This document shows positions 18,752 through 28,614 of a stretch of 60,581 nucleotides of DNA, in pieces. Origin of the DNA: an uncultured Candidatus Actinomarina sp. (lineage in GTDB: Bacteria; Actinomycetota; Acidimicrobiia; Actinomarinales; Actinomarinaceae). The notes under the pieces were generated by a model. That model worked only from the letters and a program-made list of their open reading frames with translations. It was not told where the DNA came from and ran no database searches. Positions within the stretch are counted from its first letter, which is position 1; each line of letters opens with the position of its first letter. The stretch spans positions 1 to 60,581 of the forward strand of contig CACJPC010000004.1 in assembly GCA_902595195.1 (NCBI GenBank), given 5' to 3'. The position numbers were made by a program, and so were the translations under genes.

Positions 18752-18788
18752 AAAACTAGGGCAGTTATTACTGCCCTAGTTTTTTTTT
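18752..18788 (+). terminator. Intrinsic terminator or stabilising hairpin between phnD and phnC
   Basis: AAAACTAGGGCAGT-TATT-ACTGCCCTAGTTTT followed by T-run. Confidence 0.85.
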
Positions 18789-18795
18789 GAAAATT

Positions 18796-19566
18796 ATGAT
18801 TGAATTTAAAAACGTAAGTGTTACATATCCGGGTGGAGTAAAAGCATTAAATAATGTTTCTTTGGATATAGATGAGGGTGACTTTGTCATCATTGTAGGT
18901 ATGTCTGGAGCGGGTAAATCAACTTTGTTAAGAACTGTTAATAACTTAGTGAAGCCCACTGAAGGAGATGTAATTGTTGATTCTCGAAATGTTACCAATG
19001 CCTCAAAAAAAGAACTAAAAATTATTAGATCAGATATTGGAATGATTTTTCAAACTTTCAATTTAGTGAATAGATCATCTGTATTAAAAAATGTTTTAAC
19101 CGGAAGATTAAGCCAAGTTTCTTCACTTCGTTCTATATTTGGATTATGGCCGAAAGATGATAAAGAAATTGCATTTGAATCATTAAACAAAGTAGAAATA
19201 TTAGAAAAAGCATACGTTAGAGGATCGAATTTGTCAGGTGGTCAGCAACAAAGAGTAGGAATTGCTAGAGCTCTTGCACAAAAACCCAAAGTGATGTTAG
19301 CAGATGAACCGGTAGCATCATTGGATCCTATAACCTCAAGGGTTGTAATGAAGTACTTAAAAGAAATAAACCAGGAACTAGGCATTACGACAATTGTTAA
19401 TTTACATTTCTTAGACCTCGCAAAAGAGTTTGGTGAAAGATTAATCGGTCTCAAAGATGGAGAACTTGTGTATGACGGTAAAGTTAACGATGTTAGCGAT
19501 AAAGATTTTGAAAATATTTATGGTAGAGCAATAAAATCTTCGGATTTATTAGGAGAAGATGATTAA
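18796..19566 (+). CDS. phnC: Phosphonate ABC transporter ATP-binding protein
   Basis: GMSGAGKST, LSGGQQQRV, ADEPVASLDP, VNLH. Confidence 0.93.
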   Translation: MIEFKNVSVTYPGGVKALNNVSLDIDEGDFVIIVGMSGAGKSTLLRTVNNLVKPTEGDVIVDSRNVTNASKKELKIIRSDIGMIFQTFNLVNRSSVLKNVLTGRLSQVSSLRSIFGLWPKDDKEIAFESLNKVEILEKAYVRGSNLSGGQQQRVGIARALAQKPKVMLADEPVASLDPITSRVVMKYLKEINQELGITTIVNLHFLDLAKEFGERLIGLKDGELVYDGKVNDVSDKDFENIYGRAIKSSDLLGEDD

Positions 19567-20341
19567 AGTACCTAAGAAGCCTTTACCTTCTTTACTAACA
19601 GTAATTGGATATCCATTCGCTATTGCCCTGACTATTTTTTCTTTTTTTCAAGTTGGATTTAATATAGAAGACTTCAAAAGAAATTGGGAAAATAGAAAAC
19701 TTGTTACAGATACATTATTTGACCCTAAGTGGGAATGGGCAATCGAAAATGCGTCTCAAGCTTTACTAGAAACTATACAGATTGCAATTCTCGCAAGTAT
19801 TCTTGGTTGTTTTATTGCTTTACCTCTATCTTTCTATGCATCAAGGGCAACTAATCAAACAACAGTTACTTATTTAATTTATAAATCTTTTCTTAATTTC
19901 ATTAGAACTATTCCAGACTTATTTTGGGCAATGCTTTTTACAGTTGCTGTTGGGTTAGGGCCATTTGCAGGAGTGCTTGCCTTAGTAATGTTTTCTATGG
20001 CAATCATGGGGAAATTATTATCAGAGACAATTGATAGTATTGATCTAGGACCTTTGGAAGCAGCTAAAGCAAGTGGTGCTAAACACAATCAAGCTGTATT
20101 TACTTCTGCACTTCCGCAAATTCTTCCAAACTTTACAGCTTATTTTTTATATATTTTTGAACTTTGTATTAGAGCATCCGTTATTTTAGGACTAGTTGGT
20201 GCCGGTGGTGTAGGTAGGATAATTGAGACCCAAAGAATCTTCTTAAGGTTTGATAGAATATCGCCAATAATTGTTTTAATTCTTGTAGCAGTAATTGCTA
20301 TCGAACAATTTAGCGTTTGGTTAAGAAGAAAAATTTTATGA
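19559..20341 (+). CDS. phnE: Phosphonate ABC transporter permease
   Basis: RTIPDL, GKLLSETID, GPLEA, IRASVILGLVGAGG. Confidence 0.92.
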   Translation: MIKVPKKPLPSLLTVIGYPFAIALTIFSFFQVGFNIEDFKRNWENRKLVTDTLFDPKWEWAIENASQALLETIQIAILASILGCFIALPLSFYASRATNQTTVTYLIYKSFLNFIRTIPDLFWAMLFTVAVGLGPFAGVLALVMFSMAIMGKLLSETIDSIDLGPLEAAKASGAKHNQAVFTSALPQILPNFTAYFLYIFELCIRASVILGLVGAGGVGRIIETQRIFLRFDRISPIIVLILVAVIAIEQFSVWLRRKIL

Positions 20342-21141
20342 AAATACCTAAACAACCGGTTAATCAAAGAGTATTAAAGTACCTAATAACAGTTCTAATT
20401 GTTGCAGGATCAATTTGGTCCGCTTCAGGTCTGGAGATTACACCTGAGAGATTTTTATCAGCTCCTAGTAAGGTTTGGATACTTGTAACTGCAATGTTCC
20501 CTCTAGATTTATCACAAGAGGCTATTGACAGAATAGTTCCAAAAGTCGGTGAATCCCTTTTCATTGCTTGGGCTGGAACTGTTATTGGTGCAATATTTAG
20601 TTTTCCAATATCTTTTTTAGCAGCTAATAATGTTTCTTTAAATTCTTTCAGCAGAGCAACTAAACAGGTACTTAATGTAATTAGAGCATTTCCTGAATTG
20701 ATTTTGGCTTTTGTGCTCTTACCGATAACAGGACTTGGTCCTTTAACTGGAACATTAGCTGTTGGAATACATTCAATTGGTACATTAGGAAAATTGTCTT
20801 CAGAAGTGATTGAAGGAATTGATGAAGGTCCTCTTGAATCGATCAAGTCTTCTGGCGGTAGCAAGTTAAATGAACTTTTTTTTGGAGTAATACCACAAGT
20901 TATGCCGACAATAACATCTTATTGGTTATATAGATTTGAAATTAATTTAAGAGCATCAGCAGTATTAGGCGTTGTTGGTGCAGGTGGTGTTGGAGCAGAA
21001 TTAATTAATCAATTACGTTTTAGAGATTTTCCTCGAGCAGGCACAGTATTAGTAGTAACAATACTTATGGTTTTAATCGTAGATACAATTTCTGCGGCTA
21101 TAAGAAAAAGGATAATTAAGGGTAGAGAAATAAAAGTTTAG
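20338..21141 (+). CDS. phnE: Phosphonate ABC transporter permease (second copy)
   Basis: RAFPEL, GKLSSEVIE, YRFEINLRASAVLGVVGAGG; ATGA overlap with the upstream permease. Confidence 0.92.
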   Translation: MKIPKQPVNQRVLKYLITVLIVAGSIWSASGLEITPERFLSAPSKVWILVTAMFPLDLSQEAIDRIVPKVGESLFIAWAGTVIGAIFSFPISFLAANNVSLNSFSRATKQVLNVIRAFPELILAFVLLPITGLGPLTGTLAVGIHSIGTLGKLSSEVIEGIDEGPLESIKSSGGSKLNELFFGVIPQVMPTITSYWLYRFEINLRASAVLGVVGAGGVGAELINQLRFRDFPRAGTVLVVTILMVLIVDTISAAIRKRIIKGREIKV

Positions 21142-23505
21142 CTATTCGTACCAAGAATCATCATCTTCAGAATCAGAACTTTCAATAGTTACATCTTGAT
21201 TAACATCTTGTTCCTCGATTGATGATAAATTACCTGTTTCAAATTCTTCAACAGTAATCAAAACTTCTCTTGCTTTTGATCCTTCTGAAGGACCAACAAT
21301 ACCCTGAGCTTCAAGAATATCCATTAATCTTCCTGCTCTTGCAAATCCTACTCTAAGTTTTCTTTGAAGCATTGATGTAGAGCCTAATTGTGATCTTATA
21401 ACAAGTTCTTTAGCTGTAGCAATTAATTCTTCATCTTCGCCAAAATCTTCTTCAGAGGAAGTGATAGATTTCTTCTGTTCCTCTGTAACTGCAGGATTGT
21501 ATTGTGCTTCTTTTTGATCTTTAACCCATGAAACAACATCTTTAATTTCACCTTCAGTTACCCAAGCACCTTGAATACGTTCAAGTCTTGGGTTTGAGGC
21601 GGTCACAACTAACATATCCCCTAAACCTATAAGTTTCTCTGCTCCAGATTGATCAAGTATGACCCTTGAGTCTGTAGTAGAAGCAACTGAAAAAGCTAGC
21701 CTTGATGGAATATTTGCTTTCATAACTCCAGTAATAACATCTACAGATGGTCTTTGTGTAGCTACTACTAGGTGAATTCCAATTGCTCTAGCCATTTGTG
21801 CTAAACGTACAATTGCTGATTCGACTTCTCTTCCTGCCACCATCATTAGATCATTTAATTCGTCAATGAATAGAACTATATAAGGAAATCGATCGAATTT
21901 ATCTTCATCGAGCAAACCAGCATCAAATTTTTCATGATAACCATTGATATCTCTGACTTGTCCGTCGGCAAGCAAATCATACCTTCTATCCATTTCTGCT
22001 ACTGCCCAACTCAGAGCATCGACAGCTTTTTTAGGATTAGTAATAACTTTTGTAAGTAGATGAGGTACATCATTGTATTGACCTAATTCAACCCTCTTAG
22101 GATCAACCATAACCATTTTGACATCATCAGGGTTAGTGCGAATCAATAATGAAGTAACAATAGAGTTAATACAGGAGGATTTACCAGCACCAGTTTGACC
22201 TGCAATTAAAACATGTGGTAGTTCTGAAAGATTCAAAAGTCTAGGTTTACCAGCAATATCTAAGCCTAATCCAACATTAAGAGGATGAGTTAATTTAGCA
22301 GCTTCACTAGAAGATAACACATCTCCTAGCGATACAAGTTTCCTTTGTCTATTCGGTATCTCTATTCCAATTGCACTTCTACCAGGAATAGGAGCAAGCA
22401 ATCTGACATCTGGAGTTGCTAGTGCATATGCAATATCATGAGATAAAGATGTAACTTTTGAAACTTTTACACCTGGTGCTAGTTCAATTTCATACCTAGT
22501 GACAGTAGGTCCAGGAACAACATTTGTTAGCTCTGCTTCTACTCCGTGTTCCTTTAATAATTGAGTTAAATCTTTAGCCGTCTCTTGTAACAATTTTTTA
22601 GATGTAGACAGAGATGAACCCTGTTTCAACAAACTTACTGGAGGTAATTTATAATCTTTAGAGGATTTAGTCTTATTGTTAACTTTTGAGGTTGATTTAA
22701 CTTTTTTTTGTTTGAAATCTGTAAAATTTGAAACATTTTCAACTTTTTCTTTTAGTTTATTTTTTCCATTTTCAATATTATTAATTTTTTCATTATTAGT
22801 TGAATCATCCTCAGTTTCTAAAATGTTTTCAAATTGTAAACTATTAGCTTCTTTTCTTGCCAAAAAGAATGCATAAATAAATTTATAAATATATTTAAAA
22901 ACAGCCTGAACTCCACCAATAAGATCTTTTAATTCAATATCAGTCATATATAAAACTGAAATAACTAGTCCAATTAAGAGTAGAGTATGCGTCATTTCCA
23001 AACCAAAAAAGTTAGTTAATGGATGAACGATAAATGCTGATATGTGACCACCAGATTTAGTTATTAATTCAGAACCAGCGCTAATTGGTACTGGCTCAGA
23101 ATGAATAAGGGAATGAAAAGCTGCTGAAGATACAATTTGTACCCAGAAAGTTCCAATTAAAACTTTTTGTGATTTTACTGTTTCTTTATCACGAATCAAT
23201 ATTGCTGAACCATATAAGAAAAGTACAGGCATTGCATAAATTCCATAACCAAAACACCATTCAAGAGTTCTGTAAACGATTTCTCCAACAGGACCACCTT
23301 TTTGAAATATAGATAACGTAATTAACGCAGCAAATGTAAACATAAATATCGCTACTGCTTGATAAGATTGGACGAATTTAGATAGAGTACTAGATGTTGT
23401 AGATTTAAGTGTAGTTACTGCCCTGTCTACATTTATTAACTTGTTTTGTTTAGACACCCGCTTACGCCCATTCACCCTTTTGCGAGTGGATGTCTTTACA
23501 GCCAC
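21142..23505 (-). CDS. ftsK: DNA translocase FtsK
   Basis: N-terminal TMs, AGQTGAGKS, DPKRVEL, ATQRPSVDV, gamma domain LQRKLRVGFARAGR. Confidence 0.97.
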   Translation of the reverse strand: MAVKTSTRKRVNGRKRVSKQNKLINVDRAVTTLKSTTSSTLSKFVQSYQAVAIFMFTFAALITLSIFQKGGPVGEIVYRTLEWCFGYGIYAMPVLFLYGSAILIRDKETVKSQKVLIGTFWVQIVSSAAFHSLIHSEPVPISAGSELITKSGGHISAFIVHPLTNFFGLEMTHTLLLIGLVISVLYMTDIELKDLIGGVQAVFKYIYKFIYAFFLARKEANSLQFENILETEDDSTNNEKINNIENGKNKLKEKVENVSNFTDFKQKKVKSTSKVNNKTKSSKDYKLPPVSLLKQGSSLSTSKKLLQETAKDLTQLLKEHGVEAELTNVVPGPTVTRYEIELAPGVKVSKVTSLSHDIAYALATPDVRLLAPIPGRSAIGIEIPNRQRKLVSLGDVLSSSEAAKLTHPLNVGLGLDIAGKPRLLNLSELPHVLIAGQTGAGKSSCINSIVTSLLIRTNPDDVKMVMVDPKRVELGQYNDVPHLLTKVITNPKKAVDALSWAVAEMDRRYDLLADGQVRDINGYHEKFDAGLLDEDKFDRFPYIVLFIDELNDLMMVAGREVESAIVRLAQMARAIGIHLVVATQRPSVDVITGVMKANIPSRLAFSVASTTDSRVILDQSGAEKLIGLGDMLVVTASNPRLERIQGAWVTEGEIKDVVSWVKDQKEAQYNPAVTEEQKKSITSSEEDFGEDEELIATAKELVIRSQLGSTSMLQRKLRVGFARAGRLMDILEAQGIVGPSEGSKAREVLITVEEFETGNLSSIEEQDVNQDVTIESSDSEDDDSWYE

Positions 23506-23539
23506 GAAGTATTATACCATAAAAAAAGGTAGAAAAAGT

Positions 23540-24421
23540 TTAATTATTCGTAATTTTTTGGAAATTTTCCAATAACTTACTAGCTAAATCATCTGAAACG
23601 TTAGTGATAGGCATTAGAGGTGATCCAACATCTTCCCAAGTTTCTGTAAGTAAGTATTTGACTGGACCTGGACTAGGTTCTTCAAATAATAAATCAAAAA
23701 AAGGTAAAAGTTGAGTTTGCAATTGTTCAGCTAATTTAATCTCATCGTTAAGAACATGATTTATTAAATTGAAAATTTCATTACCAACAACATGTGAAGC
23801 AACAGAGACTACACCTTTTCCACCCATCTTCATGAACTCTATAGTCTCACCATCATTACCCGAATAGATATCAACTTTGTCCTTAAGTACTTCTAGTTCA
23901 GTTTTAGAAAAATTTAAATCCCCTACTGCGTCTTTGATCGAATGTATTCCGATATCATCAACAAGTTTTTCTAAAGTATCTATTTCTATTAGTGTTGCTG
24001 TTCTTCCAGGAATATTGTAAGCCATAATCGGCAAATCAGTATTTTTTGAAATCTGTTCAAAATGTTGCAAAATTCCAAATTGTGATGGTTTTGAATAATA
24101 CGGTGTAACAATCATAATTCCATCTACACCTAGATCATTTGCCATTTTTGTATACTCTATAGATTCTCTAGTTGAGTATGTACCAGTGCCAGCAATTATC
24201 TTTGCTTTATCTCCAACTGAATCTTTGGCAGTTGAATAAATGATTTTTCTATCTTCTTTTGTTAAATTTGGAGACTCTCCAGTAGTTCCTGACAAAACTA
24301 ATCCATCAGATTTTTCATGAACTAATTTTCTGCATAGTCTCCACAAAGTATCAGTGCTGAGCACACCATTGGAATCAAATGGGGTTATTACTGCTGTTAA
24401 AAGCTTTCCGAAATCGCTCAT
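23540..24421 (-). CDS. dapA: 4-hydroxy-tetrahydrodipicolinate synthase
   Basis: GTTGESPNL, VTPYYSKP, YNIPGRT, IKDA. Confidence 0.95.
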   Translation of the reverse strand: MSDFGKLLTAVITPFDSNGVLSTDTLWRLCRKLVHEKSDGLVLSGTTGESPNLTKEDRKIIYSTAKDSVGDKAKIIAGTGTYSTRESIEYTKMANDLGVDGIMIVTPYYSKPSQFGILQHFEQISKNTDLPIMAYNIPGRTATLIEIDTLEKLVDDIGIHSIKDAVGDLNFSKTELEVLKDKVDIYSGNDGETIEFMKMGGKGVVSVASHVVGNEIFNLINHVLNDEIKLAEQLQTQLLPFFDLLFEEPSPGPVKYLLTETWEDVGSPLMPITNVSDDLASKLLENFQKITNN

Positions 24422-24423
24422 AA

Positions 24424-25173
24424 TTAGATATTAATCTTTTTAGCTATTAAATTTTCTAAACCTAGACTAAAACCTTCCAAATCATTATAAAGATCAAGAA
24501 CAACTTTTACTCCATATAGATATGCTCTTCTATCATTTACTTTGTGATCTAAATTAAAAGATTCATATTCATTTTCGAAATCTACTTCTTGTTCAGCTAG
24601 AAATATATCGCCCCTCAAAGAATAAATATTTTTGTTGTTGACTTTGTTAGTTTTATAAAAATCTCCATTTTTTTCGTGAGAAGTTAATTCTGATGGTAAA
24701 TAGTTTGCTAAATCGATAGCAGTTCCAGATGGTGCATCTTGTTTTTTACCATGATGTTTTTCAGTTATATTTACTGAATCAAAATTTTCAGATAGTGATG
24801 CTGCGAAAAGCTTTTGATAAGCAGCCCCTACTGAAAAGTTTGGAATAACAATTATTTTTCTATCTGTTGTTTTTTTTAATTTTGACAACATTTCTGCACT
24901 TACTCCGGATGATCCAATTATTAAATCTGCATTTGAATCTAATAATTTTTCTAAATTTTTATTTATTACTGAAGCAGGCGAAAACTCTAAGACTATATCT
25001 TCTTCTATATTTGTTAAATCTTTATAGATTTTATATTCTTGTCCATCATAATTAGGATCATGAATTGCTGTCATGATAAAATCGTTTCTAGAGCTTATGT
25101 AATCTGTAACAAGTTGTCCCATTGAGCCTGCTCCACCAGATATCAAAACAGTCTTTTGCGCGATTTCATTCAT
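24424..25173 (-). CDS. dapB: 4-hydroxy-tetrahydrodipicolinate reductase
   Basis: GGAGSMG, PNFSVG, EKHHGKKQDAPSGTA. Confidence 0.93.
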   Translation of the reverse strand: MNEIAQKTVLISGGAGSMGQLVTDYISSRNDFIMTAIHDPNYDGQEYKIYKDLTNIEEDIVLEFSPASVINKNLEKLLDSNADLIIGSSGVSAEMLSKLKKTTDRKIIVIPNFSVGAAYQKLFAASLSENFDSVNITEKHHGKKQDAPSGTAIDLANYLPSELTSHEKNGDFYKTNKVNNKNIYSLRGDIFLAEQEVDFENEYESFNLDHKVNDRRAYLYGVKVVLDLYNDLEGFSLGLENLIAKKINI

Positions 25174-25221
25174 CTTTGATAATTCCTTATACTTATAGTT
25201 GTTAATGATAATGATAATTAG

Positions 25222-27174
25222 ATGAATTCAAAGAAAAAAAACATCGAAGCTCAAATAGTTGAAGATTTTGAAAAGATCAGACCTGCTATTACGAGATTAC
25301 TGCAAACTCAAATGAAAAATGATGATTTATCACTTCGATACGGAAGATCAAAATCTAACAGCAAGAATGATATAGTAATTAATCCATCAATACTTGTTAA
25401 TACAATCTCAAAAACAAATCTTGATAGAGATGAGGTTATGATTGGTACTGTTGTTCACGAAGCTATACATGCAACAAATAATTACACTCTAGACTCTGAA
25501 TCTATAAACAAGTTATTTCCAGAAGAACTGGATGATGTAGAAGATATTGATGACATTCTGGAAATTCTCACAGGGCCCTTTGGAAAATATGTTTTTGATA
25601 TTCTAATTCATTCAATCGAAGAAAAAATCTTTGTTAAACAATATGAAGGTTTAAATTCTATTCTTGAAGATATTTATACTGAGTCGTTTTCTGAGATAAA
25701 AAAGCTTGGTAATTTTAGTCAGTACCTATCATTACTTTTTCACTCAATTACTTCGTATATAGATCCTGAGTTTGAAAACTATAAAAAGCCTGTAGTAAGT
25801 TCGTTAAACGAATCTTTGCATATTTTAAAAACTTTAAATTATGAAGATGTGAATGTATCTGAATTAATTGAAGCAACAGTTCAGATGGTTGATATATGTA
25901 AACGGTACAATATTCTTCCAGACTTAGACAATTACACACTTGGAGAACAAAAAGAAATTGAAGAGTCACTTGATGAAAGTGTAGTGAATGACTTAAGCAA
26001 GGTTCTTATCCCCTCCTCTAACAATGTAACAACAGGTAATACTCTGCAGAAGTTTCTTGGTCAGACTGAGTCTAAAACAACTGATGACAAATTAAATCTT
26101 ATGGATGATCATATTTCTAAAGTAGGGGCATCGACTACTATCTATTTTCCATCAGGAAATACTGCGAAAGTTGTGGAAAATAGAATACCTGATAATTTTA
26201 AAAATTTATTCAAGAATGGTATAGAAACATACGAGTCGTTATTACAACAGTGGAATTTACCTATTTATAAAGTTACAAACAAGATAAAACCCTACTTTAT
26301 ACACAACCAAAAAAGACAAAGAATTAGTGGGTTTGATCAAGGAGACTTATCTCCACATGTTCCAATCATGCTTGCCTCTGGAAGATACGAGAGAATGTTT
26401 GAGCAGAAACAGCGACTATCCAATAAGTCATATGCAATATCTCTTTTAATTGATGGAAGTGGTTCGATGATTGAAAAAAACAAAGAAGAACTTCATCCTT
26501 GGTCTCTAGCCTCAGCATTAATTGGTGCTAGTTACTTATCGCAAATATGTTTTGAACTTGATATTGATTTTGAAGTTTCTATTTTTAACAGAGCTTTTGC
26601 TTCAGAACATACTGAAAATGAAGATACTTATAATAAAAGAAAATTTGCAGTTTCTTCAATGTTAAATAGAACTTACGGTTCTTCAGCTCAGGAACTTTAC
26701 AATACCGCAAATCACTATTTTATTAAAGAATTTAAGGATTCATGGAGAGAGAACTATCAACAATTTATTGGTCTGATAGAATTTTCAAGAAATTTAAGAG
26801 ATTCAATAGATATTGGTATAAGTGAAGATTCAATTCCTCCTGTAAGCATGTTTGAAAAAGGGACTAACATCGATGAAATAAATATCATGCATGCAACAAA
26901 AAGATTGTTAAATCATCCATCGAATACAAAGATGTTAGTTGTACTTTCAGACGGTATGACTAGAGGATCATTGAATGAACTTCAAAATAGTATAAACTTT
27001 GCAACTAAAAATGGAGTCGATGTAATCGGAATAGGAATTGGCAGTAGAGGTTCGTGGAGAGAATATATTAATAATGTACAAATTGAAAAACCTGAACAAT
27101 TAATTCATTCCATAGTAAACATCACAAAGGATATACTTATAAAAAACATTAAATTAACATCTGGAGTTGCCTAA
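25222..27174 (+). CDS. CobT-like protein: N-terminal HEXXH (zincin-like) region plus C-terminal vWA domain
   Basis: VVHEAIH; SLLIDGSGSM MIDAS; KMLVVLSDG; VDVIGIGIG. Confidence 0.8.
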   Translation: MNSKKKNIEAQIVEDFEKIRPAITRLLQTQMKNDDLSLRYGRSKSNSKNDIVINPSILVNTISKTNLDRDEVMIGTVVHEAIHATNNYTLDSESINKLFPEELDDVEDIDDILEILTGPFGKYVFDILIHSIEEKIFVKQYEGLNSILEDIYTESFSEIKKLGNFSQYLSLLFHSITSYIDPEFENYKKPVVSSLNESLHILKTLNYEDVNVSELIEATVQMVDICKRYNILPDLDNYTLGEQKEIEESLDESVVNDLSKVLIPSSNNVTTGNTLQKFLGQTESKTTDDKLNLMDDHISKVGASTTIYFPSGNTAKVVENRIPDNFKNLFKNGIETYESLLQQWNLPIYKVTNKIKPYFIHNQKRQRISGFDQGDLSPHVPIMLASGRYERMFEQKQRLSNKSYAISLLIDGSGSMIEKNKEELHPWSLASALIGASYLSQICFELDIDFEVSIFNRAFASEHTENEDTYNKRKFAVSSMLNRTYGSSAQELYNTANHYFIKEFKDSWRENYQQFIGLIEFSRNLRDSIDIGISEDSIPPVSMFEKGTNIDEINIMHATKRLLNHPSNTKMLVVLSDGMTRGSLNELQNSINFATKNGVDVIGIGIGSRGSWREYINNVQIEKPEQLIHSIVNITKDILIKNIKLTSGVA

Positions 27175-28163
27175 TGGGTAAGAAAAAATTTGTAAATCCT
27201 GATAATGAGAAACAATCTGTTGAAATAGAAGAATGCATATTAGATAAAAAACTAGATGATTTTGACTCAAGAAGTAACAGAATTCCAGAAGTAGATGAAT
27301 TCTATGTAGACCTAGGAATGCAATATAGACTAGCTCAGGTTGTGAATTCAAAAAGTAAATCATTTAACAATGAAATACCTATACACATTGCACTGATGGG
27401 TCATATGGGTACAGGAAAGGATCATGATATAGAACAATTCGCAGCAAAACTTAAGTTTCCGTATTACAGAATTCCTTTATCTGGAGAGGTTAGAGACGTA
27501 ACACTTTTAGGATCTGTTCAGTTGTATGGAGATGGTAAGGGTGGGACCGAAAGTAGATGGCAAGATGGTGAATTAACAAGAGCATTGAGAGGACCAGCAA
27601 TTGTAAATTTATCAGAGCTCAATGCGGCGGGCCCTGAAGTTTTATTTGCTCTACATTCATTACTTGATAGACACAGAAAGTTAGAGCTCCCAAACGGAGA
27701 AGTGCTTTCGCTAAGAGAAGATACTTATATTTTTGGAACAATGAACCCAACTAGTTTAAGAGATTACGCAGGTACCCAGTCATTAAATAAAGCTTTTGCG
27801 GATAGGTGGGTTATATGGGATAAGCCTTTCCCAAATAAAAAACAGCTAAATACTATTTTTGAAAAAAGATATCCGAGACTTCAAAAAGAATACAGAGATT
27901 TAATAATTAAACTAGCTACAGAAATTAATAACTCATTTATGTCAGATGATATAAGTATCAATATAGAAACACCTATGAGTTTAAGAACAATTGTAGAGAG
28001 AATCCCTATAGGCTTAGATGTATATGCAGAATCATCGGACCCTCTAAAAGACACTTGGGAAAACTTTGTACTACCTCATGTTAATAAAGAAGACTTAGAT
28101 CATTACAAAACTTTATGGAACACAATAGTTAGAAAAGGGCCGTCTATAAAGCCTCAACTTTAG
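27174..28163 (+). CDS. MoxR/CobS/CbbQ-type AAA+ ATPase with atypical Walker motifs
   Basis: GHMGTGKD, WQDGELTRA, NLSELNAA, GTMNP, YAGTQSLNKAFADRW, MSLR; start overlaps the vWA gene stop. Confidence 0.85.
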   Translation: MGKKKFVNPDNEKQSVEIEECILDKKLDDFDSRSNRIPEVDEFYVDLGMQYRLAQVVNSKSKSFNNEIPIHIALMGHMGTGKDHDIEQFAAKLKFPYYRIPLSGEVRDVTLLGSVQLYGDGKGGTESRWQDGELTRALRGPAIVNLSELNAAGPEVLFALHSLLDRHRKLELPNGEVLSLREDTYIFGTMNPTSLRDYAGTQSLNKAFADRWVIWDKPFPNKKQLNTIFEKRYPRLQKEYRDLIIKLATEINNSFMSDDISINIETPMSLRTIVERIPIGLDVYAESSDPLKDTWENFVLPHVNKEDLDHYKTLWNTIVRKGPSIKPQL

Positions 28164-28602
28164 AAAATTTAATTAGAGGTATGTCTCTATCAGTTCTTTT
28201 TCTATACATTTGAAAAGTTGGATAGACTTCATCCAATAAACTCCAGTAATATTCTTTATCAGAGGATTCTATTAATTCATAAGTAGCTTCAAATCTTTCA
28301 TTATTAATTGTTATAAATGGATTTGAGGAAGATAGATTATAAAACCAGTCTGGTGTTTTATCATTACCGCTGTAAGAAGCTGCAACTATATAATCATTTT
28401 CACAATTAGCGTAAGTTAAAGGTGTCTTTCTGAGTTGATTTGTTTTACTGCCTATAGTTTCAAGTAAAAGAATGTGATCACCTATTATTTTTTCACCTAA
28501 AAAGGAATGATTAAATTTTATAATTTTAGTGTGGATTTTTGAAACTATCTTATAAAGCCATTCTGGCCACAGATGTGCTGACTTCCCTAGTAATCTCCAC
28601 AT
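28144..28602 (-). CDS. F420H2-dependent nitroreductase family (Ddn/FDOR-A)
   Basis: LLLETIGSKTNQLRKTPL, AASYSG, PDWFYNL, YRKRTDRDIP. Confidence 0.88.
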   Translation of the reverse strand: MWRLLGKSAHLWPEWLYKIVSKIHTKIIKFNHSFLGEKIIGDHILLLETIGSKTNQLRKTPLTYANCENDYIVAASYSGNDKTPDWFYNLSSSNPFITINNERFEATYELIESSDKEYYWSLLDEVYPTFQMYRKRTDRDIPLIKFSKVEAL

Positions 28603-28614
28603 TGATTATTTACT

